NCBI RefSeq assembly: GCF_009914755.1
Contig: NC_060926.1
DNA: 64,000 nucleotides
DNA from: the human T2T-CHM13v2.0 reference genome, Homo sapiens
Reading direction: 5' to 3' (one strand)
Below are positions 31,279 through 45,700 of the stretch, in pieces. The position numbers were made by a program, and so were the translations under genes. The notes below the pieces were generated by a model. The model was not told where the DNA came from and ran no database searches. It worked only from the letters and a program-made list of their open reading frames with translations. Position 1 is the first letter of the stretch; each line of letters starts with the position of its first letter.

Positions 31279-31292
31279 CCCGCAGGAGGCGC
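31279..31292 (+). promoter_or_regulatory. Candidate CTCF site
   Basis: CCCGCAGGAGGCGC resembles the CTCF core CCASYAGRKGGCRC; motif match only. Confidence 0.35.
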
Positions 31293-31559
31293 CCTGTGAA
31301 TCCCAGAGAGTTGCCGAGCCCAGCCTCTGGGCCTCAGAGTCACAGGAGGGAAGATGTCTTCCCAGCTCAACCCTTCCCCTCCTCCAGCAGGAAAGTTGCA
31401 CTTTTGAGAGTGAAGGCCGGGTGGGGGTGAGGTGGGAGTGTGGCACCTTTGGCATTTTCTGCCTGAACAAAACTGCGGCCCCTGTCTGCCTTGGTGGCTG
31501 TCCCTGGCTTTGCTTTCAGAGACATCACCTCTCTGGGTCATTTTGGAGGAAGATGTGCC

Positions 31560-31740
31560 TCGGGATCTGGGTTTCGAGCTCTGGCTCTGTCGCTAACGGG
31601 CTGGCTCTGTGACCTAGGCAGGTCAATGAACCCCTCCAGAGCCTCCGTTTCCTCATCTGTAAACTGGGTTATCATAATGTCTGCCTCCCTAGCGAGCTCT
31701 CTGGATTCTCGTGAGGACCGGCTGTTATGGGGGGCATCAC
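31560..31740. mobile_element. MIR SINE
   Basis: 'tgtgacctaggcaggtca...gcctccgtttcctcatctgtaaactggg'. Confidence 0.7.
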
Positions 31741-34700
31741 GGCTCTTTGTCCAGGTGACACGTGGGAAATATGAGGGCTTATCTTTGTGCTGCTGTGGCC
31801 TTCTTGGGATTCTCCCTGAGGACTGGCCCTGCCCTGCCTTGCTCTTGCCCCTGGGAACGGCCCACCCTGTCTCCTGCCTCCCCACCCAGACGGGAAGCAG
31901 TCACTCTGCCAGCTCTCAAGGACTCATCTCTGAGGTTTTAGACAGAATAATTTCCTCTCCCTCTCACGCCTGCCTGTCCGGGAAAATCACACAACCCACG
32001 CAGGACCCCCCCTACGTGCACCCACATGCCCCACAGCCATTGTCTCCTGCACCAGCCAGCAGAAAAGCAGAGTGGGGCATGGGAGGAGGATGCGGAGGCT
32101 GCAGGAAGGGGGGGTGACACCCCCAACCCTGAGGGTCTCCTGGTGTCAGGCCAAGAGCTGACATGGACATGGGGAGACAGGAGCCAGGCTCCTTCCAGAT
32201 CCTCCCACAACCTGGGTTTCAGCCACCCTCAGCCACCCTGCCAAGGCCGCAGGCGCTGCACAAGGCCACAGGCAAATGTCCGGCTGAGGACTGAGGTAGG
32301 GGCTGGATCCCACAGCCCATTGGTAACAGAGACTGGATGAGAACGCCCGAGTCCAGTGCTCTTTCTGCACTGCTTCCCAGAACTTCCTGCCACTAGGGAC
32401 CTGCAGCCAGAAAAGACAGGGCAGGAGGTACAGAGAGAGCAGAGAGAGCCTGCTCCAAGGGAGAGCCTCGGGACACAGGGAGTCTCATTCCTCCCTCCCA
32501 GCACGGGCTACGCCCATGCCACTCAGGCCTGAGCCACAGGGCACTGCCTAGCCCTGCTTGGGCCGGGGCTCACCAGCCCTTACAGACAGCAGGCCCCGCC
32601 TCCAAGACACTACCCCATGGCAGGGGAAAGCCTTGGGGTCCCCATAAAATGCAGGCATCGCCAGACAGAGAATAGGTCTGTCCTATTCCCAGGATGGGAA
32701 GATTTACTTAGGGAGGGGCCACCCTGGATACCCTGCCCTCCAGTAGCAGCCAGGTTCCGGAAGATCCCATGAGGGGCCAGTGTGGACCCCTCCCCTTCAA
32801 CCATCCAGGCCTGCAGGTCTGGGGCTAATGGTGGGGAAAGGGGGCTCCAGCAGCTGAGGAGGGGCAGAGCCAGTGGATGGAGGCAGAAGGCAGGCAAATC
32901 TCAGGCACATTTTCTGCAGTGATAAAGACCTTTTGCTCAGCAGCTAGCTTCCACGGCACTTCTCCCCCACATGACACCACGTCAGGGCCCACAGGAGAAA
33001 GTCCGGAGTAGGCTGAGGCACTGGGTCCCCTCCCTTCTCCCAAACACACCTGCCTACAGGGGGCACTGCCCCCTCTCAGAGACTGGGGGTGGAAGCTTAG
33101 CTGCAGGGGGCGGGATGGCTCCAGGAGAGGAGAGCCATCCAAGAGAAGGCCAGGGCTCTGGGAGAAGAGGGGGTCCTACTGCCCTCCCGGAACAGGGCTC
33201 CTGGCTCCGTGAAGCCATCTCCACAACTCCCACAGCTGCCTCCTCCTGCCCCTCCTCAAACTCCCACAGCCACCTCCAGCTCCTGCACCGTGAGGTCTGC
33301 TCCACGACCGCAGGAGCCAGACAGAGGCCGGGGTAGCCTCAGGCAGACAGACACTTTTGTGGGTGTTCACCCAGAGCTAGACCTCAGGGAAAACAGGGGT
33401 GGCCTGGGGGCTGAGAATTCGGCAGTCCCAGCACATCCAGGACCATAAATACGCCATGCCCTTTGACCCGCTAACCCCACTGTTTGGAATTCCTCCCAAA
33501 AACATAATTGCAAAGGGAAAAATAGCTATATGTGCACAGCTGTTTATAGCAACACTATTTATCATAGTAAACAAGTCAAGTCAGCCAAAATACTTTGCAA
33601 GTTGTGGGAGGGGGAACTGTGGGTCAATAAGGTGGGATATTTATTATACGTACAAGAAAAATGGTAAACTTGTAAAATTACTCATACAATAATGTTAACA
33701 GCAGTGAGAAGACAAACTTGCACATATCTGTTCAGGCAGCAGTCAATGACTGAGCACCCCGTCTGGGCTACACAGCTGCTCCAGGTGCCAGAGAGATCCC
33801 CATGAACAGGACCAAGTCCACGCCCTCGTGGAGGGAACATTCCAGAAGTGCACCATAGGGTCAAAGGTAAATTAAAACCACAGGCAAGTACTTCCCCAAG
33901 GCAGGGAGATGGACAGAACCGAGTGTTGTCCACTGCGGGGTCCATCCTTCCTGGGCTGGTGGGTCACCAGGGAGTGGCCCCACAGAGGTCTGCAGTCTCC
34001 TAAGGCAGGAGCCAGACCCAGGATCAAAGCGAGGGGCACCTGGCCAAGGGCAGTGGGTCCTGCCAGACCACAGGGTCTTCTCCCCACAGGAGGGAAATTT
34101 GTCAGGCTGCTTTTAGGAATCCCATGAACCTTTGGAGTTTGTGCATGAACCAGGGGAGGAGCAGTCCCCGAGACTATGAGCTGAGTTTTCTACTAACCTA
34201 ACAAGCTAGGAAGGGTCACAACTGAGGGGCTGGGGATCCATCCTGCCTCCAGCATGGCCAGATCTGCAAGCAGGAGATGTCGTATGGTGGCCTGGGAGGT
34301 GAAGGGGTCTGAGTCAGAGGTAAAGGTGTAATCTGAAGGTGGACTGGCCCCCATCCTGCCGGCTCCCTGTGGTCCAGAGAGTTGGAGAAAGCCCCTTGGA
34401 CCAGAGCCTTCCCACACTTGGTCCTGTGTCGGGTAGGAGATTTGCAGGAGGCCATTTCTGCTGTTCCAGAGCCCAGATGTACTTCCCTGGGGTGCTGGGA
34501 GCCAAGGCATGGAACTGCAGTCGCCTCCCAAGTTCAGGGCCCTGGGTGGAGCTGCTGGCTGCAGCCAGGGCCAGGGAGCAGAGATGCCCCTCTGCCACCC
34601 TGCCCCACCCCAGGCAATGAAGAAACTCCAAGCTCTGGGTCCGTGGGAGGCACCAGGCAAACAGAGGAGTCAGCAAGCTAAACATGCTATTAGCAGCGAT

Positions 34701-36929
34701 GGAGAAGTGATGATTCTCTGCACAGCTGTCAGAAGCAGCTCCCCGCCGCCTGGCACCAGCACCTGGGGAGGGGCCTCCGCTCATCGGCCTTCACAGAGAT
34801 GCCCCAGGCTGGGAAAGAAAGACCAGCAGGCCGGACATTCTGTGCCACCACTCCCTCGTCCTTAGCTGCAGGGATCTTGCCCTTCATCCAGAGACTGAGA
34901 CCTGGAAGCGAGGCCCACCTCTGCACCTGCCCCCATAGCTGGGCCTTCGTTCCTCAAACTGTAAGCTGGGCATGAAAGTAATACCACCTTTTGTGGCAGA
35001 ATTGTTGGGAGGGACCAGTGAGATATTTTGTCTGAAGCACCTTGCAAATGGTAAAGGGCTATGGGGTCACTGCTGTTACAATTCTTCTATCAAAAATCTA
35101 ATCTTCAGGGCTTTCACTGTTTCATTCACACAGAATGAAATTGAGGCTCAAGAGGTTACACGATTTGACCAAGTCACACAACTGCAAACAAGTAGGTGTC
35201 AGTTTCCAGGATCGAAGCCAGGAGGAAGCTCAAAGAGCATCCAGCCCCCATGCTGTAAAAGGGATTCAAGGCCCAGAACCAGAAGGTGATTAGCCTTGCA
35301 GCAGGACAGAGGGCAGACAGCACCGAAGCCCAGCTCTGCTCACTCTGCTGGGAGCACTTCCCAGGCCACTGTGGATCTGGGCCTTGTCCTCAGCTTGGGG
35401 TGGCTGCAGGAGCATCCTGAGGAATGAACCCATGCCAGAGCACTGAAGATGCCCCCACCGCCCCCGCTGCAGACTCCTCACCCAGGTCTCTTCATCTCAA
35501 AGGGGCTGTCATAGAGGCCCAGGGCTGTGACCTGGAGGAACACACTCCACCTTCCTGACATCCAGCCCGTCTATCATTCTAATAGTGGAAAGGTGGGTTC
35601 CAGAGCCTGCTCAAGACACAGTGTGCAGAGCAGGGAAGGAGCCTGCCCAGGCACAAGGCAGGGGCCCCTCTCAAAGCCTCATGCGCTGCCTGGGGCCCTT
35701 GACAACCTGAGGCCTTCCAGGATGCTTTGAATTCAGTCTTCTTGGCCCTGCTGCTGCCCCACTTGACAGAAGAGAGATGGATGGGGAGGTGAGAGGCACT
35801 GCCCGCCTAACCACCCACCACCTGTCACTTCTGCCTTTTGAAATCACTTTCGTGGGCAGAGGCAGGGATGCTGATCACACCATGTGGGAGGGACTTGGAG
35901 GGTGGGGCGGTGACTCACAGGACAGTGGGGGATAGGAAGCAGCTCCAGAGCCTCCCTGGTAGTGAAAGGGAAGGGCGCTAGTGACTCAGGGACAGCTGGG
36001 GAGGGGTGCATGGGGAGGGAGCTCATTCCCCCCAGCTCTGTGCCCTGCATGCCTGGGGGGTGACCTCCTGTGGTGGGCCCCGATCTTGCCCCTGTGGGGC
36101 AGTCTTTGCCCTCAGCTTGCTTCCCAGCAGTAGCCAGGCACCCAGTAGCTGCATGGTGAGTGAATTCCAATCTTGCCCGCTGCCGGCCAGCTGTGCAGAC
36201 CTTCGGCAGGCTGAGTGCTCCTCTGCCCTCACATCTAGGCCTGTAGATGGAAGCAGAGCCCGACTCATAGAGCCAATTGCCCATCCTGCAGCTGTGAATG
36301 TTGCAGCTTCCAGCAGGTTCTTGCTGCAGACTTACTGAGAGGACTGAGGGCTGTGGCAGGCCACCCCAGCCTGCTGGGCACCCCCTTCAGGATGGCCCCA
36401 ACAAATAGTAAATAAATGCCCCACTCCCAGGCCTGCTTGCTTCCGGTGCTCCTTTCACCCCTGCCCTGCACTGAGCCCCCTGACTATGGCTCCCTGATTC
36501 GTTCTCAGCAACACCCGGTGTCCCCAGAACGCTACACACTGGGCCCTGGTGGGGCACAAGGGAAACAGCACATCTCAGACTGGGGTTTTCAAACCCAAAG
36601 AGAGTCTCCCACCTAGACAGAGGCAGAAGAGAGGCAGGCTCACGTGGTTGAACTGTGTCCCCTGTGCCCATAACACTCAGCCCATCCCCTACCACCTCCT
36701 CCCCGGCCACCTTCCCTGACATCGAGCCCATCCATCACCAAAGTCTCCCCAGAGCCCAACTACTGTCATCCCAAGCCCTGCCTCAGTCAGGCCACTGCCC
36801 CCTTCACTTTCTATCCAGGAGACCCAGCCAGCCAGTGAGCTCTGTCCTGAGATGGAAATGCGGCCACAGGAAGGAGAGCAGGAGGAGAGCAGGAGGAGAG
36901 CAGGGGCCCAGGCTTCTTCCCTTCCTCAT

Positions 36930-37745
36930 TACCTGTCCATCCATTGGTTCATCTGTCTGTCCATCTATCCACCTATCTACCCATCCATTCATCCATCCAT
37001 TCATCTGTCCATCCATCTATCCATCTACCATCCATCCATTCATCCATTCACTCACCTGTCTGTCCATCTATCCATCCATCCATCTACCCACCAATCCATC
37101 CATTCTTCTGTCTATCCATCCATGCATCTATCCACCCATTTACTCATTCCTCCATCCATTCATTCATCTGTCCATCCACCTATCTATCCATCCATCCAAT
37201 GATCCATTCATTCACTCATCTGCCTGTCCATTTGTCTATCCATTCATCCATCTTTCCATCTACCATCCATCCATTCATCCATCCATGTATTTATATGTCT
37301 ATCCATCTATGCATCCACCCACCTATCTATCCATTCCTCCATCCATTCATTCATCTGTCCATCCATCTATCCATCTACCATCCATTCATTCATCCATCCA
37401 TCCATTCATCTGTCTACCCATCTATGCATCCACCCACCTATCTGTCCATTCCTCCATCCATTCATTCATCTATCCATCTATCTATCCATCTACCATCCAT
37501 CCATCCATCTACCATCCATCCATCCATTCATTCATCTGTCTGTCCATCTATCCATCCATCCAAACATCTATCCATCCATCCATCCACCCATCTATCCATC
37601 CATCCATCCACCCATCTATCCATCCATTCATCCATCCATCCATCCATCCATCCATCCATCTATCCATTCATCTGTTCAACCATCCACACATCCATCCATC
37701 CATCTATTCATTCATCTCTTCATCCATCCACACATCCATCCATCT
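36930..37745. repeat. (CCAT/TCAT/CTAT)n degenerate tetranucleotide tract, ~800 bp
   Basis: Seen directly; produces spurious H/P/S/I-rich ORFs. Confidence 0.97.
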
Positions 37746-40700
37746 AATCTCAGAATGCTTAGTGATGTCACCCTGTGCACATGGGTCTCCTGGAACATCA
37801 GCTTTAAAGGGGGAAGGATTACTGCTAGGTTTGTTCCCTGTGGTATCCTAGTGCCTAAAAGCTGGCACAAAGTCAGTGTTGAATACATATTTGTTGAATG
37901 TCAAATGACTGAATGAATGAATAGATTCTTCACCTGGAGAAGGGAAGTAGAGCCCACCAGCCATCATCTTCAAGTCTGGATGACCCAGGCCGAATCCCAG
38001 GCCATCCAGAGGTTAGGCCTCAGGTCCAGGGAATGGCATGACTTGCCCAAGGCCACCTGGCAGGGTAAGAGCAGGGCCAGGTGTCCGGCCTGGGTATTCT
38101 TCGCCCAGATTAGTGTTTTCTGCACTAACTACTAAGAGCTTTCTGTGCTGGCAGTCCCTGGGAGCAGCAGCAGAAGCCTAGAGCCCAGGGGTGGATCCAG
38201 TGGCCAGAGTCAGGAGCTGAGACTGGGAGCCTCTGAGGAGCAAGAACCTGCCTGAGTGGGGTCTGGATATTCCCAGCAGGAGGAAGAGTGTGTGCTGTGT
38301 GGCAAAGCTGTCCCAGCTGCCCAGAGGAGCAGCAAGTGCTCTGCTGGCCTTGCAATCCCTGCCCCAGGGTGGGATGAGCAGGCTCTGGCCTGGAACACAG
38401 CAACCTGGCAGCCCTCCAAGCCCAGCCACCGCCCCTAGGCCTTTACGCCCCTCCACCTCTAGATCTGGGGGCCCCAGGAGTCAATGCCCACTTCAGCTCC
38501 AGCCAACATGGCCTGGGATCTGGTCTGATCTAGTCTCTGACCTCAGCTCTGCCCCTAGCTGGCTGCGTGGCCTTGGAAAGCTCACTTCTCCTCTCTGCCT
38601 CAGGCAAGCTCTGCTCTTCAGCCTCACTCAGGACTGCAGAAAAATGCATGTTCTTGGGCCTGTCACTAGAGATTCTGCTTCAGCATGTCTGCAGAGAACT
38701 CAGAAATAAGCAGTTTACAAATGCTGCCACTCAAGCATTTAAGGAGACAGGCTGAATGAGGGCAGAGAGCCCCATGGCTGAACCACCCCATGGCATCTGG
38801 CTCCGGGCAGGCCACCTGAACACTGCCCAGCCTCGGTCCTCTTACCTGCTCAATGAGGATGCCCAGGGAATCCTGTGGGTGTTGGCAGGTCCTGTGGGAG
38901 ATGGTGTGGTAACAGCACTTGGCCATACCTTACAGGACTCCAAACGGTAAGGGGCTCAGGTCTATTGGGATCCATTTCGGCTGTGAGTAACAGCAGCTGA
39001 ATACCATGGAAGTTGATTTCTCTCTCCTATCTGTCTGTGGGAAGCTCAGAGCACTTGCTGGCAAGGGAAGGGGTCTCAGAGGTGGAGGGAGCCCCCACCA
39101 CACAGCCCCAGCCTCCCAGGCAGCATAGGGTGGGGGCAGGCGCATGCAGAAGTCCTGCTTTCTTCCCTCTGCTTGCACTTTTCAGCCATGTGTGGAGCCT
39201 CACGGGGCCTCAGCTGCCTCGTCGGTGAAGTGGGTGTAGTGATAGTGTCCACTCTAGGAGGTGGTCACTTTGAGGATTCGATGAGGTCATCTGTGCAGCA
39301 CACCTGCTCAGGGCCTGCGCTTGGCACTCCACAGAGCACAAGGCCAGCTCTACTCCTCCAGGCTGCTGCAAAGTGCTGCCAGTGCAGGGGCCTCTCCCTG
39401 GGTACTCAGGAAAGGCCAGAATCCATGAGGCTGTTGCTCTGGCCCTGCTGCCTGCATCGCTGATCCATCCTCAGCCTGAACCTCAAGGGCTGCAGCTCAG
39501 ACACAGCTCTGCTGCTGCTTCCTAGGAACAGAGTGAGGACTCAAAGGGAGGTGCTGGGAGCAACCAAGGACATCAGTGCCTCCTTCTCAACCAGACACCC
39601 TGGGCTCTGAGCCCTAATGGTTCTCCCTCCCACTGTGGCCTAAGTGTCTTCACATTCAAGGCTCTGGCAGTCATGAGGATTACATCTCAACATGAGATTT
39701 GGAGGGACCATCCAAACTATATCACACGGTAAGACATGATGCATGTTTATACACTTTATTGGACAATTTGTTTACTGACAGCCAAAAGCACCCTCACAAA
39801 TACAAAGGCTCAGCACTGTCTGGGGAGTCTTTCCAGCCTCATTTTCCACCACTGCTCTTTGATGCCTCTCTGGGTGAACCGTGTGTTGCTTTCTCTTTGC
39901 TTTGGCTGCTAACTGCCAGGCCCCTCTAGTGTCCTCAAATTGGTGAACTCCTAGTCATCCTTCAAAGCCCAACTCAAATTTCCCCACCTCTGCAAAGGCT
40001 TCTGAGCTCCCCTAGGCAGAACTCAAAGCCCTGTCTTGCTGCCTTCAAATGTCTTCACTGTGGAATTTCTCACATCATTCTCCAGCCACTTGTCTGCTGG
40101 CCAGTCTGCTGCACTGTGAGCTCTTGGGTGCTGCAGCTCTTTCTCCATGATCTGTTATCCCCTAGCATTGCACCTGGTATGCTGCAGGTGCTGGTCAATG
40201 CTGCATATTGCATTACTGAAAATACTGCTTCCTCCAGGCCTCCTGTAACCCTTGGCTCTCCTGATGTTCTTGCCCAGCTGGGCAGGAAGGTGGTGCATCT
40301 CTCATGTCCCAGGAGAAACAAGCTCTCAGTGAGGACACAGTATGGGAATAGGCTCCTGCTGCACCACACTGTCCCTGCTCTCTTCAACCCAGGTGGGATC
40401 CCTGGCCCAGACAGGAAAAAGGACATCCAAGGTCACCAGGCTGCTTGGAGCAGAGTGGGGCCTCCAGAATTGGGTAGGAAACACTGGGTGTGTTTCAGAG
40501 CTGGCATGACAGCTGTCCAAATTGACAAAACAGTGCAGGAGGCAGGAGCTGTGGGAGTGGGGGGAGCTGTCAGGTGCTGAACAATGCCACCTGCCAGCCA
40601 CTGAGGAGCAGAGGGGATGGGGGAATGGGGGGAGACGGAGGGGAGCTTGGCACCGGGAATGGGCCTGGGACGCCTCCCTCAAGAACCCTCCCCCCACAAG

Positions 40701-42531
40701 CCCATGTCCCTCAGCCTCAGGAACCAGAGGGGCCATGGGTGAGGGGGAAGGAGCAAGAGAGCTGAGTCAGAGCTCACCCTGGGCAAAGGTGTGGACTGCT
40801 GGCTCAGGGTCAACCAGGGCTCCTTTGGAAAGCAAACAACGACCAGGGATTAGAGGACTTTGGAGAATAGGATGGTGCTTTGTCTGTCTCGGGGGCCGGG
40901 AGCGGTGCCAGGAGCATCATGGATTGCTGGGGAGCTGGGCCAGGCTCCTGGGCTCCCACCCTGCTCCTCTGAGAGCGGACAGCAGGATTGAGTAAGTGCT
41001 GTGCCCTCTGAGCCTTCCTGGAGCCCCATGGAGCTGGGATCCAGGTGCCGAGCTACCCTGGCCACAGCACACAGATGCTGAGAAGTCAGTGAGGCCTTTT
41101 AGGAAGGCAAGCTGCAGGCAGGGGCTTGCCTTCCTAAGACCTGAGTTCCCAGGCAGGGTGTGCAGGGGAAAAAAGGCCACAGGCTGCAGCCAGGAGTTGC
41201 TTTGTTTTTCTTTATTATTGCAGTTTAGAGATTTTTTTTAATTGTACAAGAACATCTCTTTTTGTTAGAAAAAAAACCCTGAAGTATTACAGGCAGTGTT
41301 AATATGTCTCTTAACCACCTAACCCTCCCACAAAACAAATTTCTGTTTCTAGAGGTAACCACTTCAGCTACTACCATTTAATAAAAATAATACATGTCAC
41401 CCTCCAAAAAAATACACTTCAAGCCATACCTAATGTCTAAGATAAAATGTTTCCCTTTCCCTAATAATCATGAACAATTTCTCGGGTACTCCTCTGGATC
41501 TTTTAAAATTCATAATCATATTCAGGCACCAGATAATTGTTGTTTTCTCATAAATAAGAATCGATACTTAATGATAGGAATAATAGGTCCTGCTCTGCAT
41601 CCTCCCCACCTCCTGGGTTCCTGTGACGCCTCGGCTTCTCCTTGCACACCCAGAGAGACCCAGCCAGGGCCCCGCACTTTCTTCACCCTTTTCCCTGGGG
41701 GTGGACGCCCGTGGTCTTTCCTGTTATTTCCCAGGCAGCACAGGAGAAGCGCGCATACCCTCAGTCCTGGGTGCATGTAGGGTGACTGCCCCCGAGGTCG
41801 CCACTCAGCGGGTCCTGGGCAGCTTCCGCAGGGACTTGGCCTCTGCTTCCTCCACTGCAGCTGGGGGGTTGGACTGGATCTAGTCCATTCGAACCTCCCC
41901 AAGGATGGGCAGGGGGCACACCCCTCCCACTGTGCCTGTCCTAGCAGATGACCCGGACCCGGAATGTGGGAGCACCAGGGGTTTGCTCTGGGCCAAACAC
42001 CCCTGGACACCCCTGCCCCTCTGCCCCCACCCCCTCTTTACTTCTTCTTTCCCTCCCAATACCACAAGTCCCCACACCATGGCAGAGACAGGAGCCTGTG
42101 TGGCCAGCAAGCCCAGCGAAGGGGGCTCAGGTGTCATCTCCACCCCCAGCAGAGGAGGGAGAACACCCCCAGCCAGCTTTGCAGCTCCCCCATTTCTCCC
42201 TCTCCCGCTGCTGCTACTGGTTCAAAAGATAAAATAAAAACCCTCTGCATCAACAAATAAAATAAAATCACAATAAAAAATTTATATTCCTGGGATGTAG
42301 GTCTTTCCAAACAGGAGCAGCTGCTGCCAGAGCTGAGTCTGTCAGAAGCAGGGCGGGGCTTTTTTTCTTACTAGGAGTTTCTTTTTTGTTCTTTTTTTCC
42401 CAAGGAGGCACGTCCAGTTAAAATACATTCCTGGAATGGGAGCTCCATGCGCTTTCCTGGTCATCAAAGCTGCCGTTTGTTAGCATGTTCTTTGCCTGTT
42501 ATCTTGTTTGTTTGTGAGGATTGCTGGAGTT

Positions 42532-42715
<184 letters not shown>

Positions 42716-45700
42716 GGATTGTTGGAGTTCCTGAGTGACAGGATGTTGCAGCAGAGGTGGTGAGTGGGGGAGAGGGGGGTATCCACGAAGTCAGGGGAGC
42801 TGCCTAGCAACTGGAAGCCAAAGGGGTCAACCCACCAGCCCCTCTGGAGACAGCTGTCTGCAGCTCAGACGTCGTTGAATACGGCAGCCACTCATTCGGC
42901 TAAATGTGGGGATGCATTAAAGACATTTGCAGACATCCTTTCTTCTATTGCACCTTTTCTCAGGAAACTTTTAGAAGCATTCTGTCAAAACTACAGACTA
43001 GAACATGAGTCACCCCCTGCACGATGCCCAGTCCTGTCACTGGGCAGTTTCCTGAAAGCTGCGATCATCCCCCATCTGAGTTCCAGATGCAGTGCCAAGG
43101 CTGGGCTGGGGGCATAGGGAGGAGCTGGCCCAGTGAACGGAGCACAAACCAAGACAGCCCAGTGAGGGTTCCCCAGCGAGAGACAGAGCAAAGGGGTGCA
43201 TTCAACATTCGGGTTCCCAAGACCCCTCCACACAGGCTGTACCCAGTGTTGGCATGTGGTAAGGGGCCTGTTGTGCAGGTTGGCCACTGCTCAACTGAAA
43301 AAAAGTGGCAGCTGCCAGAGGCTGGCCTTGAACCAGGGAAGCTACCCACTCTTTAGCCAGCACTCTGCACTCTATTATGTTGCCATTACGGAATGAAAGT
43401 GGAGCCCGGATATTGCCCCAGACCTCGACCCTGAGAGTTCAGTGCTACTGGCTGCCCAGAGCCCCTCTCTGTCTGTCTCTCCTTGGCCTGTAGGAGAGTG
43501 TGGCCACAGGTAGTATCCAAAGCCTTTCCTTAGGGCCTTCTCCTGACCTATCCTGCTTCCCGGGCTCAGGGGACATCTCCCGGAGTTCCAACCACACGAC
43601 TGAAGATCCAGCGAGCCTCATGGAAGGGGTTGTGTGTTGTCTTTCTCACGTCCCTTTCTTCTCTCTGTCCCTCTGCCCCTGCCCTTGCCTGGGAGAGCTC
43701 CAGAGTCACCCTCCTCCATCACAGAGCAATTTGAGCTCCAGGCCAACAACCCTAAGATGGGCAAACCCAGCCCATCTTTGGCTCAGCCAAATCCTCCAGT
43801 TCCCAGCCACCCACCCACTTGCAAACACACTTATGTCTTCACCCCACAGGTGACCTGTGCCATACTCCTAGGGGTGTTCAAACTCCTGCCCCGTGCCACT
43901 CTATGCAGAGGGGCCGGCTTCCATCCATGGGACTAAAACGGATGAATCCTTATGCTTTCGAGGCACAGATCAACCAGGAGAGACACAGCTGGGACAGGAA
44001 TAAAGGGGCGTATGGCGCTCTGGCCTTCCTGAATCATGAGCCTGGAGCTCCACCTGGCAGTGGCATGGGCTTACATGGACTTCTAGGGGAATGAGGGAGC
44101 AATTCAAACTCCTCTCCTGAGCAAGAGGAAACAGGGCTCAGGAGGAAGATCCTGAGTGTCTGTCCAAGTCCCTCAGCCAGGCCTGAATCACTGCTTTCTC
44201 CCCATGGACAAGTGAGCTGTGGAAACAGACCCAACCACGCCAGGGTGCGAGGGCACCGGGATCTGGCAATGGCTGTTCCTCAGGTCACACCCCTTTCTGG
44301 GTCCCAGGGTGACATCCATCCAGGGATGAGGCGAAATGGACTCTATGGGGAATGTAGAGCCAGTCACCACTCCCTGGCCACCCTAGCCTGGCTGTCTGGA
44401 GGGCTATTTGAAGAATTCTGATACGGCCTTGGCTCAGTAGGAACAAACACAGCATGACGGGCACAGACGTGGTCAGATGTGGCCAAGGATTTGTCAGACC
44501 AGCCTAGATGCCTGTGAGATCCCGGCCTGGCATATGTTCATTGCTTCTCTGATCAGACAGCAAGTGCCACAAATGTGGCCACACACCATCCGAGGCCGCT
44601 CTGAGAGACCAGACTAGCTCTGGCGGCTCCAGAGGTCTGCTCTTGGGTCTTTTTTCCTGTGAGCCCCATTCCCGGAGGAGCAGCTGCAGCTCAGGGGAGG
44701 GGGTGATGCTCCCTCAGGGAACAGCGCCATGACTCTACGACAGTCAGTACTGGCAGCTGTCAGAGCTGTCATTCCCTGAGTGCAACTCTTAATGAACGCC
44801 CATTAAGCCTCCTCTTATGACTGCATAATTGTTGCCACAAGGAGGCTTTGTTCTCTTTATTTTGGAAATGAAACAGTTTTATATCCCTAAAGCAAGAGAG
44901 ATGCACACCAGCTTGGGGCTCGCACTGGAGAACACAGAACAGCAGGGCAGGGGCTCCACTGGGTTGGGGCTCTGGTGTCCCCAGGCTACTGCAGACACAG
45001 CCCTGAGCCCAGGGAGCAGCAGCTGTTGTTTCTGCAGCAGAGCGGAGCAGCCGGGTCAGCTCCAGCCCTCCTGTGAGCTGTGGGAAGTTGCCACAGGCCC
45101 ACCAGCCCTCCTCACTTCTCCTGTAGCTCCCAGGAACTGTCATCATGAACCATCTGCACCCTCACCATCCCTTAGGGGCTGGGCAGTGCTGGGGCTATTA
45201 TTCTCCTTGACCTTGAGAAAACAGAGGACGCCGGGTGGCCTGGCCAGGGTCCCTCGGATGTAAGAGGAGGATTAACAGGAAGAAGTTGAGCATGTCCTAT
45301 GTCCCAGGCATATGTGGTCTAAGTCTTCACATACACGACCTCACCTGCTCACTACCACAGGCTGCAGAGGAGGAGCTGAGCTCCCATGTTAAGGTGAGGC
45401 TCGGAGGCATTAGGTGAAGTGTCCAGTTCCCCAGCTCTTATGTGACCAGCTGGGCGTTCAGCGGAGATATTTCTACCTCTCTAGCTTCCCATCCTCAAGA
45501 ATGTGGCTGGGCCAGACCTGGACTCTGAGGACATTCAGGGACACTGTGCCTCACCAGCCCTCTGAAGCGCTCAGAACGCGTGTCCTGACCCAGCTGCATG
45601 CCAGGAACCGTGCATTGGGAAGTGGGTGGACAGGAGAGACAAGACATGCTCCTTCCCCCAGAGGAGGCTGCAGGCAGCAAGCGAAACCCTTAGGTAAGAT

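Noticed and set aside
36655-37851. 398-aa ORF and the overlapping 267-aa and 116-aa ORFs
   Set aside because: Translation of the (CCAT)n tract, which lacks stop codons by composition; low-complexity H/P/S/I peptide
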